64,000 bases of DNA from Eledone cirrhosa (taxonomy: Eukaryota), in NCBI GenBank assembly GCA_964016885.1, contig OZ024762.1, positions 9,300,001 through 9,364,000 on the forward strand. Direction: 5' to 3'. The position numbers were made by a program, and so were the translations under genes. This document shows positions 42,945 to 58,736 of this stretch, one piece after another. The notes beneath the pieces are model-generated. The model was not told the DNA's origin, ran no database searches, and saw only the letters and a program-made list of their open reading frames with translations. Position 1 is the stretch's first letter; every line of letters starts with the position of its first letter.

Positions 42945-44240
42945 TTTTGTTGTTATTTTGTGTCTTTCCTTTGTTCTGTCATACACCATCATGTTTTTTT
43001 TTTTGTGAACCGTACGTGTATTTGGGCTGCACATGCGTCATGTCCCGGTTTGTGTGTGTGAGAGAGAGATAGTATTTATTTATTGTGTGTGGATAAGGCG
43101 GTTGATTGGCAGTATCGGTAGAGGGTCGGACGCCATGCTTTCAAGCATAGTTACGTCCCTTTACGATCTGAGTTCAAATCCCGCCGAGGTTGACTATGCC
43201 TTTCATCCTTACGGGGTCGATAAAATAAAGTACCAGTAATGCACTGGGTAATTGCTGGCCTTGTGCCTAAAGTAGAAACAAGTATTTATTTAATAGATAT
43301 ATTTATTTATTTATAAGTTTATTTACTTGTCATTGATTGGTTACTAGTTCTATCTGTGTGTTTGGTTTGTTTTCTTAGTTTAGTTCTTGTGTGTCTTTGT
43401 GTGTCGTGCATTGTCCTTAGTTACTAAGTTGTCAAGTGGCTATCTGTTTAGTTTGGGTTGGAGTTCGTTTATGTTTGTCGCTTCTGTAATCTGTCGGAAC
43501 ATCTGTTCTGTGTGTGGATATAAGTTTTATCTCAATGCTCTCTCGTGTGCCCTCATGTTCCATAATTATATATATATATAATTAGAATATATATTTAGAT
43601 ATACGAAATTCACCTACATATATATGTGTATATATATATATGTGTGTGTGTGGTTGTGTATGTGTGTCTGTGTGTGTTCGTTTTTATATATATTTACATA
43701 TATATATATATATATATATACACATACACACACATATATATGTTTATGCGTATATACATATATATATGTGTATATATAAATATATATATATACATATATA
43801 TCTCTATCTATATATATATATGCATATATCTATATATATCTTTATATATATACATATATATATATCTATATATATATGTATATATATATGTATATGTGTG
43901 TGTGTGTGAGTGTGTGTGTGTGTGTGTGTACACACACATACATCAAATGAATATCAACATCAAATAGAACGACACTGAAAAGAAGACACAGTAGAAGGTT
44001 CTGTAACTCCAACAAACTTGAAATTCTTTGAACTCCGGCGTCTTTGGAATTTTCCTGTTTCAACCGAAAGAAATATTCGCCATTTTCGGGATGTTTATTC
44101 CCAAAGTAAGAATAAGAGTTGAAATAAATGGTTTTAGAATTATAACTTAACTTAGGAGTAGAATCGTTAAAATTTTAATCCTTTGAAAATATGGTTTGTA
44201 TAATAATATCTATATATGCATAGATATGTGTGTATATCTA

Positions 44241-44334
<94 letters not shown>

Positions 44335-44431
44335 TACATATAATATATCTATATATATGTATATGTGTATTTATATATATATATATATATAATATAAACA
44401 TATAATATATATAGATATATATATATATGTG

Positions 44432-44462
<31 letters not shown>

Positions 44463-44988
44463 ATTTATATATATATATATTATATATATTATATATATAT
44501 TATATATATATATTATAAATATATTATATATATATATATATTATAAATATATTATATATATATATATATTATAAATATATTATATATATTATATATAATA
44601 ATATATATATATTATATATATATATATTATAAATATATAATATATATATATTATATAAATATATTATATATATATATATTATATATATATTAAATATATT
44701 ATTTATATATATATATATATATTATATTATATATATATAATATATATATATTATATTATATGTATATATTATATATATATAATATATATAAATATAATAT
44801 ATATATATATATGTTTATATTATATATATATAAGGATGAAACGCCGAGGTTGACTTTGCCTTTCATCCTTACGGGGCCGATAAAATAAAGTACCAGTAAT
44901 GCACTGGGTAATTGCTAGCCATGTGCCTAAAGTAGAAACAATTATATATATAGATTATATTATATATATATATAGTATATATATATAT

Positions 44989-45034
<46 letters not shown>

Positions 45035-45272
45035 ATATAAATAAATGTGAAGACTAAAATCTGTTAAATTTGCCTTTCATCCTTACGGGGTCGATAAAAT
45101 AAAATACCAGTAATGTACTGGGAATAATTGGTGGTCTTGTGCCAAAGGTCGAGACAATTATATATATATTTAATGTATCACATAATGTATATTACATTTT
45201 GTTTATATATATTATATAAATTTATAAGTATGAATGGATGTGTATATATATATACACACATAGAAACTATCA

Positions 45273-45374
<102 letters not shown>

Positions 45375-45490
45375 CGTGTTTTTATGTGTTTATGTGTTTT
45401 ATATACAAATATTACAATGAGAATAATATATACATTGGTGTACTGTACCAATATGTGTGTGTGTGTTTGTGAGGATAGATCCACCCATAA

Positions 45491-45536
<46 letters not shown>

Positions 45537-45610
45537 CTATGTGTGTGTGTATAGATAGATAATATATTGTAAATACATAATTCTGGACATCACGCACTGT
45601 GTATTCAAAC

Positions 45611-45703
<93 letters not shown>

Positions 45704-45756
45704 CATATATATATACATATGTATATATATTTATATACATAAATATACGTATATGC

Positions 45757-45790
<34 letters not shown>

Positions 45791-45997
45791 GTGTATATAT
45801 ATATATACATATATATACGTATATATACATATATATATTCATATACAGGTACATATATACGTGTATATATATATATGTATGTATATATATTCCTATACAT
45901 GTATATATATACGTGTACATATATACATATATATACATGTATATATACGCGTATATGTATACGAGTATATATATATATACATATATATTTATATAGC

Positions 45998-46034
<37 letters not shown>

Positions 46035-46173
46035 ATATATATATACGTGTATATATATATATGTATGTATATATATTCCTATACATGTATATATATACGT
46101 GTACATATATACATATATATACATGTATATATACGTGTATATATATACGAGTATATATATATATTTATATAGC

Positions 46174-46204
<31 letters not shown>

Positions 46205-46242
46205 ATATATATATATAATTATATATATATATACTATATATA

Positions 46243-46283
<41 letters not shown>

Positions 46284-46902
46284 CAGCAAAAATGTAGACA
46301 AGTTATTTCATGTAAACATTTTTGGATCAATAGGTAGATGATAAAAAATCTATGCATTAAATATTCCATATTTAAAATCTATAGTCAGACATTTCTACAC
46401 ACACACACCTGCAGACCCACACACACATACACACACACATGCATGCTTGTATATGACTATACTTGTGGTTGTCTGTGTATGCGTGAATATATATATATAT
46501 ATATATGTATTATATATATATATTTATATATATTCATATTTATTTACATATATATATATATGTGTGTGTGTGTGTATGTATTTCTGTATGTGCACACACT
46601 TGGACATGCACATTCTCACACATATATGAAGCCCCATACACACACACACACACGCACATATATATATACATACATATATATATAATACATATATATATAT
46701 ACATGTATATATGTGTGTGTGTGTGAGTGTATTTGTGAATAACATGAAATACACATGAAATACACATAAGTCTATTTGACTTCTATTCAGAGTTAAGGAA
46801 ATATAAATATATTGTGTATAAATATATATATATACACTCACACATATATATATATGTGTGTATATATATATATGTGTGTAAATATATATACATTTATAAT
46901 AT

Positions 46903-46976
<74 letters not shown>

Positions 46977-47179
46977 TATTCACACATATACACATGTATG
47001 TATATATACATACATGTGTATATAAGTATGCGTTCGTACATATCTGATTACAGAGTACCTTTATCTGGGTATATGCACACACACACTCGCAAATGTTTAT
47101 ATATATATATATTCGTATATATATATATGTGTGTGTGTATGTGCATATATATATGCGTATATATGTATGTGTTTGTTAC

Positions 47180-47237
<58 letters not shown>

Positions 47238-47256
47238 ATATATATATATATGTGTG

Positions 47257-47331
<75 letters not shown>

Positions 47332-47894
47332 ATATATACAACACATATACTCGCTATTTATAAACATCTACCTCAATATATCGTTAACAATAAACTTCTA
47401 TTTTAAATGCATAGAGAATCCGTTTGATGTTTTCTTATATATACCTGTACTTTACTTAAAGATAGCAGATATGTCTTGATTATAATGGGTTCTCCGTCGG
47501 TGTCCACGGTGAGCAGTCTATAGTTGCTTCTATTGAAGTAACGTGACATTTGTTTGTTTATCCGATAGACACCTGTGAAATATTTGACGTAAATTTCCAG
47601 GCCGCATCCAACCGAAGCTAAACTCGGCGGGATTTGAACTCGGAACATAAAGGGCAGTGACTCTATGCTCCGTGGCATGTTGACCAAAACTCTACCGATC
47701 CTGTTCTAGAAGATGATATCAGCTGTGTTCAGAACTGGAGAGGAATGGGCACCAACAGGTTTCAAACCCCCTAGATTCACTGTACGTCAGAGATGCGTCC
47801 CTTGAGTCCTATCAAGAGTTACGAGCCCTTTACCTGACTTTAAACATAGCTATTGCAACATATGACAAATCAGAGCCAAGAGTGACGAAGTCTA

Positions 47895-48245
47895 AGTGAA
47901 CTTCCTGTCTCTAATAAACACTACAACGGTGAACTTCCTGTCTGTAGTGAACCTTACCTCAGGGAACTTCCTGTCTGTTGGGAACTTCTTGTCTGTAGTG
48001 AACCTTACAACGGGGAACTTCCCTTCTGATGTGTAGCTTACAACGGTGAACTTCCTGTCTGTTGTGAACCTTACAATGGAGAACTTCCTGTCTATTGTGA
48101 ACCTTACAACGAGGAACTTTCTGTCTCTAAATGAACCTTACAAAGATGAACTTCCTGTCTGTTACGAACCTTACAACGGTGAACTTGATATCAAACATGG
48201 TGAACTTGATATCAAACACGGTGAACTTGATATCAAACATGGACC
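47895..48245. repeat. Degenerate ~33-bp minisatellite (GAACTTCCTGTCTGTWGTGAACCTTACAACGGW) grading into a 21-bp x3 repeat
   Basis: Direct inspection. Confidence 0.8.
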
Positions 48246-49747
48246 ACATACAGCCGCCATATTGTCAAGTATTGATATCAAACATCGACCAAATACACCC
48301 GTAATATTCTTGAAGTTTGTCAAGCCGTTTTGGTGCGATTGTTGCTGTTGTTGTTATTGTTGTTATTGTTGTAATTGTTGCTGTTGTTGCTATTGCTGTT
48401 GTTGTTATTGTTTGTGTTGTTGTTGTTGTTATTGTTGTTGTTATTGTTTGTGTTGTTGTTGTTTTTATTGTTGTTGTTTGTGTTGTTGTTGTTGTTGTTA
48501 TTGTTGCTACTGTTGCTGTTGTTGTTGTTGTTGCTGCTGCTGCTGAAGGTTTCTCTGTTGCGACTGCTGCTGTTACAGCTACTGCTACTCCAGCTGTTGC
48601 TGCAACTGTATTGTAATTAGTAACACTGCTGCTGTTGTTGCTACTGTTGTTGTTGTTCCGTTGTTGTTGCTGCTGTTGTTGTTATTGTAGTTGCTGCTGC
48701 TGTTGTTGCTGCTGTTGTGGTTTTAATTATATGATGTCATGCAAACATTGTAGAAAACTAAATGGCCGTGTTTACTGTTTGTGTAGGGACACACACACAT
48801 ACACACATACACACATACATACACACATACATACATACACACATACATACATACATACATACATACATACACACATACACACATACATACACACATACAT
48901 ACATACACACATACATACATACATACATACATACACACATACACACATACATACATACACACATACATATATATACACATACATACACACATACATACAC
49001 GCATACATATACATACATATGCATGCATACATACATGCATGGATGCATATACACATGTACAGGCAGACATTCATATATATATACGTATGCACATATGCAT
49101 ACATACATACATACATATATACGTATACACATATGCATACATACATATTAAGACAGACTGACATGCATTCATACTTACATAAATGCACACATAAATACAT
49201 AGATACACATACATACACACATACTTACAAATACATATTACACATACATACTTACAAACATACACGCATACACACATACATACATACATATGTGAACATA
49301 CAGACCTATACAAACGCAAACACATACAAACATACACACACACATACATACACACGGGCAAACACTGTATTTAAACATACACATTCACTCATACATATAT
49401 ACACACACAATTCCGCACACATGCCCAGATAAATTCATAAGAATGAAACAGTTCTAGTCCTGTAGAAGCTATATCTATATTAAATAATTGTTTCTACTTT
49501 TTGGCACAAGGCCAGTAATTACCCAGTGTATTACTGGTACTTTATTTTATCGACCCCGTAAGGATGAAAGGCAAAGTCAACCTCGGCGGGTTTGAACTCA
49601 GATCGTAAAGGGACGTAACTCTATGCTGGAAAGCAGGGCGTCCGCCCTATCTATATTAACTAATGAGTACCTTTTTATTACCTTATTACCTTACTTATTA
49701 AAGTATTGAGTACCTTTTTAACTTTATATATATATATATATGTACTG

Positions 49748-49782
<35 letters not shown>

Positions 49783-49801
49783 GTATATGTATATATATGT
49801 A

Positions 49802-49859
<58 letters not shown>

Positions 49860-49865
<6 letters not shown>

Positions 49866-52083
49866 TCAGGTTATCAATAATGTAGTGATAATATATCGTT
49901 ACGTTAGAGATGAACAGCGTACGTGCAGGTTTGCTCAACGAGTATAAATTATATTCCGGAGAAAATGTAGAAAGGATGAATATAAAATGAAAGTGCTTTT
50001 TTTAAAAAGGAATTTATTAGGTATTGACATATGTTTCTGTAACAGACGGAATACCTACGTATCGCTGCTTGCGTAATCATATAATGTTAGCAAGTATTCG
50101 ATAGCAAATGTATAATCAGTTGTCACTTCTTCAGAGATTTTGGATAAATTGGATAAAATCAGAAAAATTGAAGTATTTATATTAGTAATAGAGGAAGAAA
50201 AAGAGGGATAGTATATGACAGATGGTAAATCAATTTACTGCTAAACAAGTATATAATGGGTTTCTAATGAGAATACCATGAGTAAATGGTTCATTTTATC
50301 TAAATAAGAATTTTTGGGAGTGCCAATTTTAATCTCTACTTGACCAATTGGACAGTGGACAGGGCTGGTCATTTGGTGTAGTAGTATTAATTATAAAGTA
50401 TCAATTGGGGAAGGGGGAGATTTCGATTGCTACTGAATAACATCAATGCTAGTAGCCAGCTGGTATATGCATTAGGGAATTGAATTAAGAAATCAGAAAT
50501 CTCATTTTATCTATAGCAGTTTATATTAAAAGGTAAATAATAGAAGAGTTGATAGAATTAAGACTAATAAAGAATGTTAATATCTATTTTGACAATCAAA
50601 CGGAGATAGAGACAGGCGTTCAATCCTGGTAGTATTTATAATATGAAAATGTAGATTTTAAGCGATGGTTACAGTATAACGATCGCTCTATTCTGTTATT
50701 TAATAAAATGTTTTTGGATTTCATAATACAAAATAATTCTACATTACATAATTTACAAAATTCCTGTCCATGGGAATATGGGGGGGGGGGCAGCCGCTAT
50801 TATATCCCATTTTAGGTGAAATTGTTGGTTATTTTCACGCAGCTGCCAAGCCTTGTCTGCGAGTGTTGTTACATAACGCTGATTTTCATGTTTTATCGAG
50901 TAACGATGTCTATAAAGGCGTGATTTGAAGGAGGTGGCTGTAGATCCCACATAGTACCACTTCTGTCTATCCGATTCGATAGTACATTTGTATACGATGT
51001 TGCGTTCAAGACACTGATTGTTCAACGGACACATTCCTGGTTGGACACAGTTGCAATTATAATTTTGCGTTGTTGTATTGTCATGGATGGGTTGATGAGG
51101 CTGCTTATGTAGGACAGGATGTTGTTTGTTGTTTTGTGATGTTATAGCTAATGTTTTACGTGTATTGTTATGTGTTGGAAGGCGTTTATACAACCGTTTT
51201 GCGTTAAGCTTTTTTATATGTTGTTCAATATTAGGGGCGGTTGAATATGAAAGTCGAATAGTGTTAGAGTTTAAGATTTTATTATATTTATGTGATGTTG
51301 GAAAGTGTTTTTTAACTAATCGAAAGAATTGTGATGGTAGATTGGTTTTAATAGAGTTGTTATAGACCGGGTTGTACCATATATACTCCTTACATCGCCT
51401 TCTGTTTGGTGGTGTGCGACTATTATTGTGTCTATTGCGGTAGTGTATGTATTGTGGTGATTCTGTGCTATTTCTACTCCTATGGGATTTATTTTGGGTG
51501 TTTTGGTGATCTTCGACTATATACTCTATATTATCTAGGTGACCGGCTTTCCTAAGTGCATCATCATAATATTCGGCATGTTCTTTGAAGGTTTGTTGGT
51601 TGGACGACAGGCGGGAGATTCTAAGAGAAACATTTCTAGGGATGGATTTAATTATAGAGAGTGGATGGTTAGAACTCGTATTTACATATTTAAGGTTCTC
51701 ATTTAGTTTATGGAACGGTTTAATCGTATCTGTATTGAGATTCAAAGTAACATCAAGGAAATTGACCTCTTTGAGGTTATATTCAAATGTAATATTTAAT
51801 CCTAGTTCCTTAAAAAGCTTTCTGATATTTTTACGCATCCTTTCTAAATTCTGGTTATTCATATGCTTAACTAATAGGAGCGCATCGTCACGGTAGATTC
51901 CACCGTGGAGATCCTTGAATTTTCCTTGTAGTCTGTGGGTGATATAAATTCCCACAAGATCTGTTACTTCCGCCGAATCATTAGAACCCATAGTGATATC
52001 AAAATTAGAAGGTCTATCTTTGCGAACCCAGTAGCTATCATCGAATTTAACTATAGTTTTCCTCGCTTCCATAATAATTTTAA

Positions 52084-52085
<2 letters not shown>
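49860..52085 (-). mobile_element. 5'-truncated Penelope-like retroelement (RT C-half + GIY-YIG; Naiad-like)
   Basis: FDITMGSNDSAEV, GIYRDDAL, VNFLDVTL, SSNHP, WYNP, CNCx5C, NIVYKC..YYVGST..FKSRLYRH; after a +1 frameshift at G11 (50780-50790) continues PYSHGQEFCKLC..LLNNR..CNHR to TGA at 50620; both ends in (TA)n. Confidence 0.92.
50021..50140 (-). ncRNA. Hammerhead-like motif with ~90-nt stem II in the PLE 3'UTR
   Basis: CUGAAGA-a GUGACA...UGUUAC a-GAAA-CAUAUG-UC; stem I could not be paired by eye. Confidence 0.5.
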
Positions 52086-52152
<67 letters not shown>

Positions 52153-52431
52153 ATAATAATAAATTTGAAGACTAAAATCCAAAAAGGGCTCGATAAGGAT
52201 AAATATATATCAAATATATAAGAACCGTAGAGCAAATACGTTCTTTGCCAGGGAACGTTTCCACGAACCAAAGTATCGTCTTCCTGTCTTCCCCAGGTTG
52301 CAACATTTTTTGAAATATTCACTTCCGCGTTCACAGATTGACTTTGTTAGTTTCAGAAGATCCCGTTAAGGGTGAAAGCAGCGATTCTTTGCTTAAACTT
52401 AATCTGTTATTTCAATAAATATATATATATA

Positions 52432-52640
52432 TATCCCTACACGCAAAAAGCGTATAAGGACATATGTATTGTCCAACCATATGCCAATGTGGTTCAATGG
52501 CAGGTTAATAAATTAACGAGCCAGAATATATATAATCATTAGTTCTGGCTCGTTAATTTATTAACCTGCCATTGAACCACATTGGCATATGGTTGGACAA
52601 TACATATGTCGTTATACGCTTTTTGCGTGTAGGGATATAT
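52432..52640. repeat. Near-perfect inverted repeat, ~95-bp arms with ~15-nt spacer
   Basis: tatatccctacacgcaaaaagcg...cgctttttgcgtgtagggatata. Confidence 0.9.
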
Positions 52641-53069
52641 ACTTTATTATTATTATTCTCCTCGGGCGGTGGATTGGCAGTATCGGTAGAGGGTCGGACG
52701 CCATGCTTTGACGCATAGAGTTACGGCCCTTGCCATTCTGAGTTCAAATCCCGCCAAGGTTAACTTTGCCTTTCATCCTTACGGAGTCGATAAAATAAAG
52801 TACCGGTAATGCACTGGGTAATTGCTGGCCTTGTGCCAAAAGTAGAAATAATTATTATTATTCTCCTCTTGGTCGAGATAAAATTTGGTCGTTTTGACTG
52901 CTGCTATTTATAGTGGTAGTAGACTGACCTCCCTGCCTCTGCTTCTATCTTTGCACACGGCAGTGGACAGAATTGCTTCCACATCATTCATTCTCATCTC
53001 GGGAACAATTTTGAATAGCGCCAGTTCGTAATTTGAACTCGGGAATTTTATATTCTCCAAGTGAAAAGA

Positions 53070-53156
53070 ACCTTCTGACGAGAGTTTATCTTTTCAATGG
53101 AAGCCCGCAACGACTGTCCATTTATTTTTGAGACTCGAAACCGATTCGGTAAAGGT
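53070..53156 (+). ncRNA. Type-I hammerhead ribozyme with extended stem II
   Basis: ACCUU-CUGACGA-GAGUUU..AAUGGA..UCCAUU..AGACUC-GAAA-CCG auu CGG-UA-AAGGU; all core nucleotides canonical. Confidence 0.85.
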
Positions 53157-53223
53157 AACCATAGTGAGTACAGTGAATTTTTTTAAATTTATTTTGAAAC
53201 TTTTTCTTATTTGCTAAACCTTG

Positions 53224-53304
<81 letters not shown>

Positions 53305-53405
53305 AGAGAGAGAGAGCGAGAGAGAGAGAGAGAGAGAGAGAGACGAGGTGAGAAGCCAAAAAGGTGAGAACAATAGGAAATACTGTGATATGAAGATGGG
53401 AGGAT

Positions 53406-53442
<37 letters not shown>

Positions 53443-53471
53443 TTATATATATATATATATATATAAATATA

Positions 53472-53575
<104 letters not shown>

Positions 53576-53685
53576 ATGAATATAGATATGTATATATATA
53601 TGTATATATAGACATATGTATATATATATATGTATATATATATGTATATATATATACATATGTATATATATACACACATACATAT

Positions 53686-53716
<31 letters not shown>

Positions 53717-54084
53717 AAATTGTGTGTGCGTGTCGTTTCTATGTGTTTATGTGTGTATGTATGTGTATGTATGTGTGTATGTGTGTATATGTGTGTGTAT
53801 GTATGTATGTGTGTATGTATGTATGTATGTATGTATGTATGTATGTGTGTGTGTGTGTATGTGTGTATGTATGTATGTGTGTATGTGTGTGTGTGTATGT
53901 GTGTTTGTATGTATGTGTGTATGTATGTGTGTGCGTGTGTATGTGTGTGTGGCTATATCATAATTTTTGTAGACTGGAAGGTATAAATTGGAAGCTAAAA
54001 AACAAGATTTCTGGGGTGGTCAATAGCGTTTATATATATATATATATATGATATGTATATGTGTATATATATATATATGATATG

Positions 54085-54115
<31 letters not shown>

Positions 54116-54116
54116 G

Positions 54117-54187
<71 letters not shown>

Positions 54188-54316
54188 TATATACATATAA
54201 ACATATATATGTGTGTGTGTGTAGGTATGTATATATACATACATATATACACACATATATATACACACACACATATATATACACATGTATATATATATAC
54301 ATATATATATATGTGT

Positions 54317-54383
<67 letters not shown>

Positions 54384-54440
54384 CAAAATGTTTACAGAAA
54401 GTTTTTGAGGGATGGGAAAGACAAAACGTCTAAGAATATG

Positions 54441-54475
<35 letters not shown>

Positions 54476-54685
54476 ATACACATATATATATGTGTGTGTA
54501 TGCTTGTGTATATATATATGTGTGTGTGTGTCAGTGTGTGTGAGAGAGCGATATTTTTTATTACAGTCTTTTTTTCTTCCTGTAAGAAATAGACTGTTTA
54601 CTGAGTTTTTTTTTGTCTCCTTACAGGAGTATATGGTTAGATAAGCTGTGAGAGGGGGGAGGTGGGAAGGGGGGGAGAAGAAGAA

Positions 54686-54727
<42 letters not shown>

Positions 54728-55601
54728 AGAAGGAGGAGGGGGGGAGGTGTAGGCGGAGTAGAAAACATAAAGTTAAAGAGACAAAGGAATATATATAATA
54801 TAATATAATAGTTATGAGCTGGTGGTGGTAGGGGAAAGAGTGGGAGGTGTGGTTATGGAGGGGAGTTGTGAGTGGTGTGGGTGGTGTTGTTGTGAGGCGG
54901 TGTGTCGGAGAAGGGGCTTATGCTGGGATACAATATATACACTTGTAAGAGGAGTGAAGATGAATATATAAGAATGATATTATTCCAACCTGTGCAGGGG
55001 ACATCGATATTTCAGTATCTGTATATGTATATATATATATATAATAATAATAATTGTTTCTACTTTAGGCACAAGGCCAGCAATTACCCAGTGCATTACT
55101 GGTACTTTATTTTATCGACCCCGTAAGGATGAAAGGCAAAGTTAACCTCGACGGGATTTGAACTCAGACCGTAAAGGGACATAACTATGCTGGAAATCAT
55201 GGTGTCCGACCCTCTACCGATACTGCCAATCAATAATAATAATAATGAAATATTATGTACAGTGCTCAGGTGCACTACAACTCATCAAAAGTGTATGTAT
55301 AGTACATAGGGTAATGTACAAACGTCAGGAAAATGAACAGTGCATGAGTCATGATACACACATGTGTGCATGTGTATGGAAGGGGTACATCAGGTGTAGT
55401 TTTGGCGAATTTCGGGAAGCATATATATATATATACAAATGGAAGTACAGCATATTCGAAGCTCGAGCCGTGTCCCCTTTATTTACGTGTCCCAACGACT
55501 TTTTTTAGCCGTTGCTCGCACCAACCGGAGGTATATGGTCTTTAAAGCAATGAAATACCAATGATGGTTGGAAGATCACTGATGAAGGACTAACTTTATT
55601 C

Positions 55602-55632
<31 letters not shown>

Positions 55633-55845
55633 GGAACGATCGACTTTCGTCAAATCGGACCGAGGGAACAATGTTTCCGTTGGTCTTTCCAATTGCTAAT
55701 ACTATCTATCGGTCGCAACTCCAGGTAGAAGGAGCAACGTGAAATAAAGTGTCTTGCTCAAGGACATAACGCATCGCCTGGTCCAGGAATCGAACTCACA
55801 ACCTTACGATTGCGAATCCTAACCACTCAGCCACACGCCTTCACT

Positions 55846-55889
<44 letters not shown>

Positions 55890-56098
55890 TATATATATAG
55901 GAACCGGTAAGATCCCGACGGCTGAGCTCAAGCCGTTTCGACGGCTAATCCTTGACTAATGAGTCCAGAATTAGCCGTCGAAACGGCTTGAGCTCAGCCG
56001 TCGGGGTCTTACCGGTTCCTATTACCCACTCTACTACCCCAAGTATTGAGTACTTTGGTGTGTTATGGTCCACCTGGTTCCTTACCACATTTCCTTCG

Positions 56099-56386
<288 letters not shown>

Positions 56387-57195
56387 GATGTTTTTGCATT
56401 CTTGCAAAAATATACACAACTGAATTCATTCGTCTAATATTGGGGTTGCCTCCCTTGCCGATCCCCACGTGGGGTCAGCAATAGTCAGTCCTTGTATTAA
56501 CATTGAACTAAAACCTGTTGAGAAAGTGGCTTCCTTGTTCAATCATCTTACCAGAAGCCTGACATTATTTATGTAAGCGGACCGTACTTGATATAGGAGC
56601 CGCAGAAACCCATATACTGGATTTTACCAACCTTCCAGGGGTCCGGGTAAATTTTCAATACCCGAATTACTTGATCGTTTTTTTTGGCTATGCGAACCAT
56701 CGTCTCAGTGTGTTTGGCCTTTAACGTTTGTTATAGCTCTGGTTCATCTGAATCATTCAGCACTTGCCGCACATCTCGGAGGTTGTTTTTCGTTATTTCG
56801 TGGGCCGAAATGAGAATCTCGATAATTTATGTTTGTATATATATATATATATATATATCAAAAAATGGGGAGAAGAATACTGCAGGTTGCACATGGATAA
56901 CATGTTATAAAATGAGTCCCTCATCAGTGATTTGCCAACGATCATAGATATTTCATTGCATTAAAAATCATATACCTCACGTTGGTGCAATAATAACTAA
57001 ATTAAGTTATTAGGACAATTAAAACGCGTAAAGCGAGTGAGACAAGTAAACAACAAAGAGGAAAGCTAACCGTAGATAGGAAGGGAACAAGCTACATAGT
57101 TATTCTGTTAGCATAAGCTAGGTGAATATATGAGCGCTTAGAAAAAAGACCTTTCGAGATGAATCCAAATGTTATATATATATACATACATACAT

Positions 57196-57257
<62 letters not shown>

Positions 57258-58022
57258 TGTATATATATATATATATAAATATATGTATATATATATATTT
57301 AAATAACAGATTAAAGTTTAAGCAAAGAATCGCTTGTATGTATGTATGTATGTATATACATATATATATATACATACATATATTTTTGTCAGGTCACCAG
57401 TTGGTGCTACTGGTAACATGTATCCCAGTACAACCTGTCTCATGGTCGGGTCGTTGGCGACTAAACTGGCAACCCCACCAAGGTTTCTTGGTGAGGAGGG
57501 TGACTTTGGACATCCTGCAGGACTAAAAACAAAACCTGTCAAAGGGCAAGGGAGCTCTTAAGACTCAATAGCCATCCAAAATCACCGGGAGAGATGACCC
57601 CTTAGCCTTTGTCAAGGCAGAATTCTAGGAGAAGGAAAACTCTGATATAACACCTGCAACCCTGATGGTATCCAATGATGTTGACTTGTTCTTCTTTTTG
57701 GTAAATATCATCTTGGTTAAGAGAGTGGGACTGGCTTTGTGCAGTGCCTTTGCTCACTATAAAAGCTTCACGGCACAGGCATTGCTTTATATCTGGAGAT
57801 CTCTCTGCACTTGTCATCACATGCTACCATGGGCCCTGCACTATGTGTCAATAATGGTCACAAGTGTAGTCTTTGTGCCAGAGTTTTCAAGTCGCTGGCT
57901 GGACTAAAAAGTCACATTCGTTCAGCGCATCGGTAGGGGTTCTCCTACATGGATATAAAGTAGTGGCCGTACTCGAAAACGAGTTGGCAGCCACCATATA
58001 TATATATATATATATATGTATG

Positions 58023-58342
<320 letters not shown>

Positions 58343-58685
58343 ATGGAGGCGGTAAAAACCAGTTAGACCATTGCTCACCAAAGTACTCGACACTTGGGGG
58401 TAGTAGAGTGGGTAATATGAAAATGTCGGGACCCCGATGGATGAGCTCCGGACCTAGCTGTTGAAACGGCCGGAACTCAGCCGTCGGGGTCCTGTGTACG
58501 TATGTATGTATGTGTGTGTATGTATGTGTGTATGTATGTGTGTGTATCTGTATGTGTGTGTGTGTATATGAGTTCCATAGTAAATTAACTAAAATGCAGT
58601 GATTATATTAATATATTTATGTGTGTGGTCTGTGTGTGTATATACGATTAGTGAGTATATATATACACCCACACACGCACATACA

Positions 58686-58736
<51 letters not shown>

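Noticed and set aside
50620-52085. Selenocysteine recoding as reported for some Naiad elements
   Set aside because: No internal in-frame TGA in the preserved ORF.
52250-52300. CUGGGGA...GAAACGUUC on the minus strand
   Set aside because: Non-canonical core and no stem I; at most a dead ribozyme relic.
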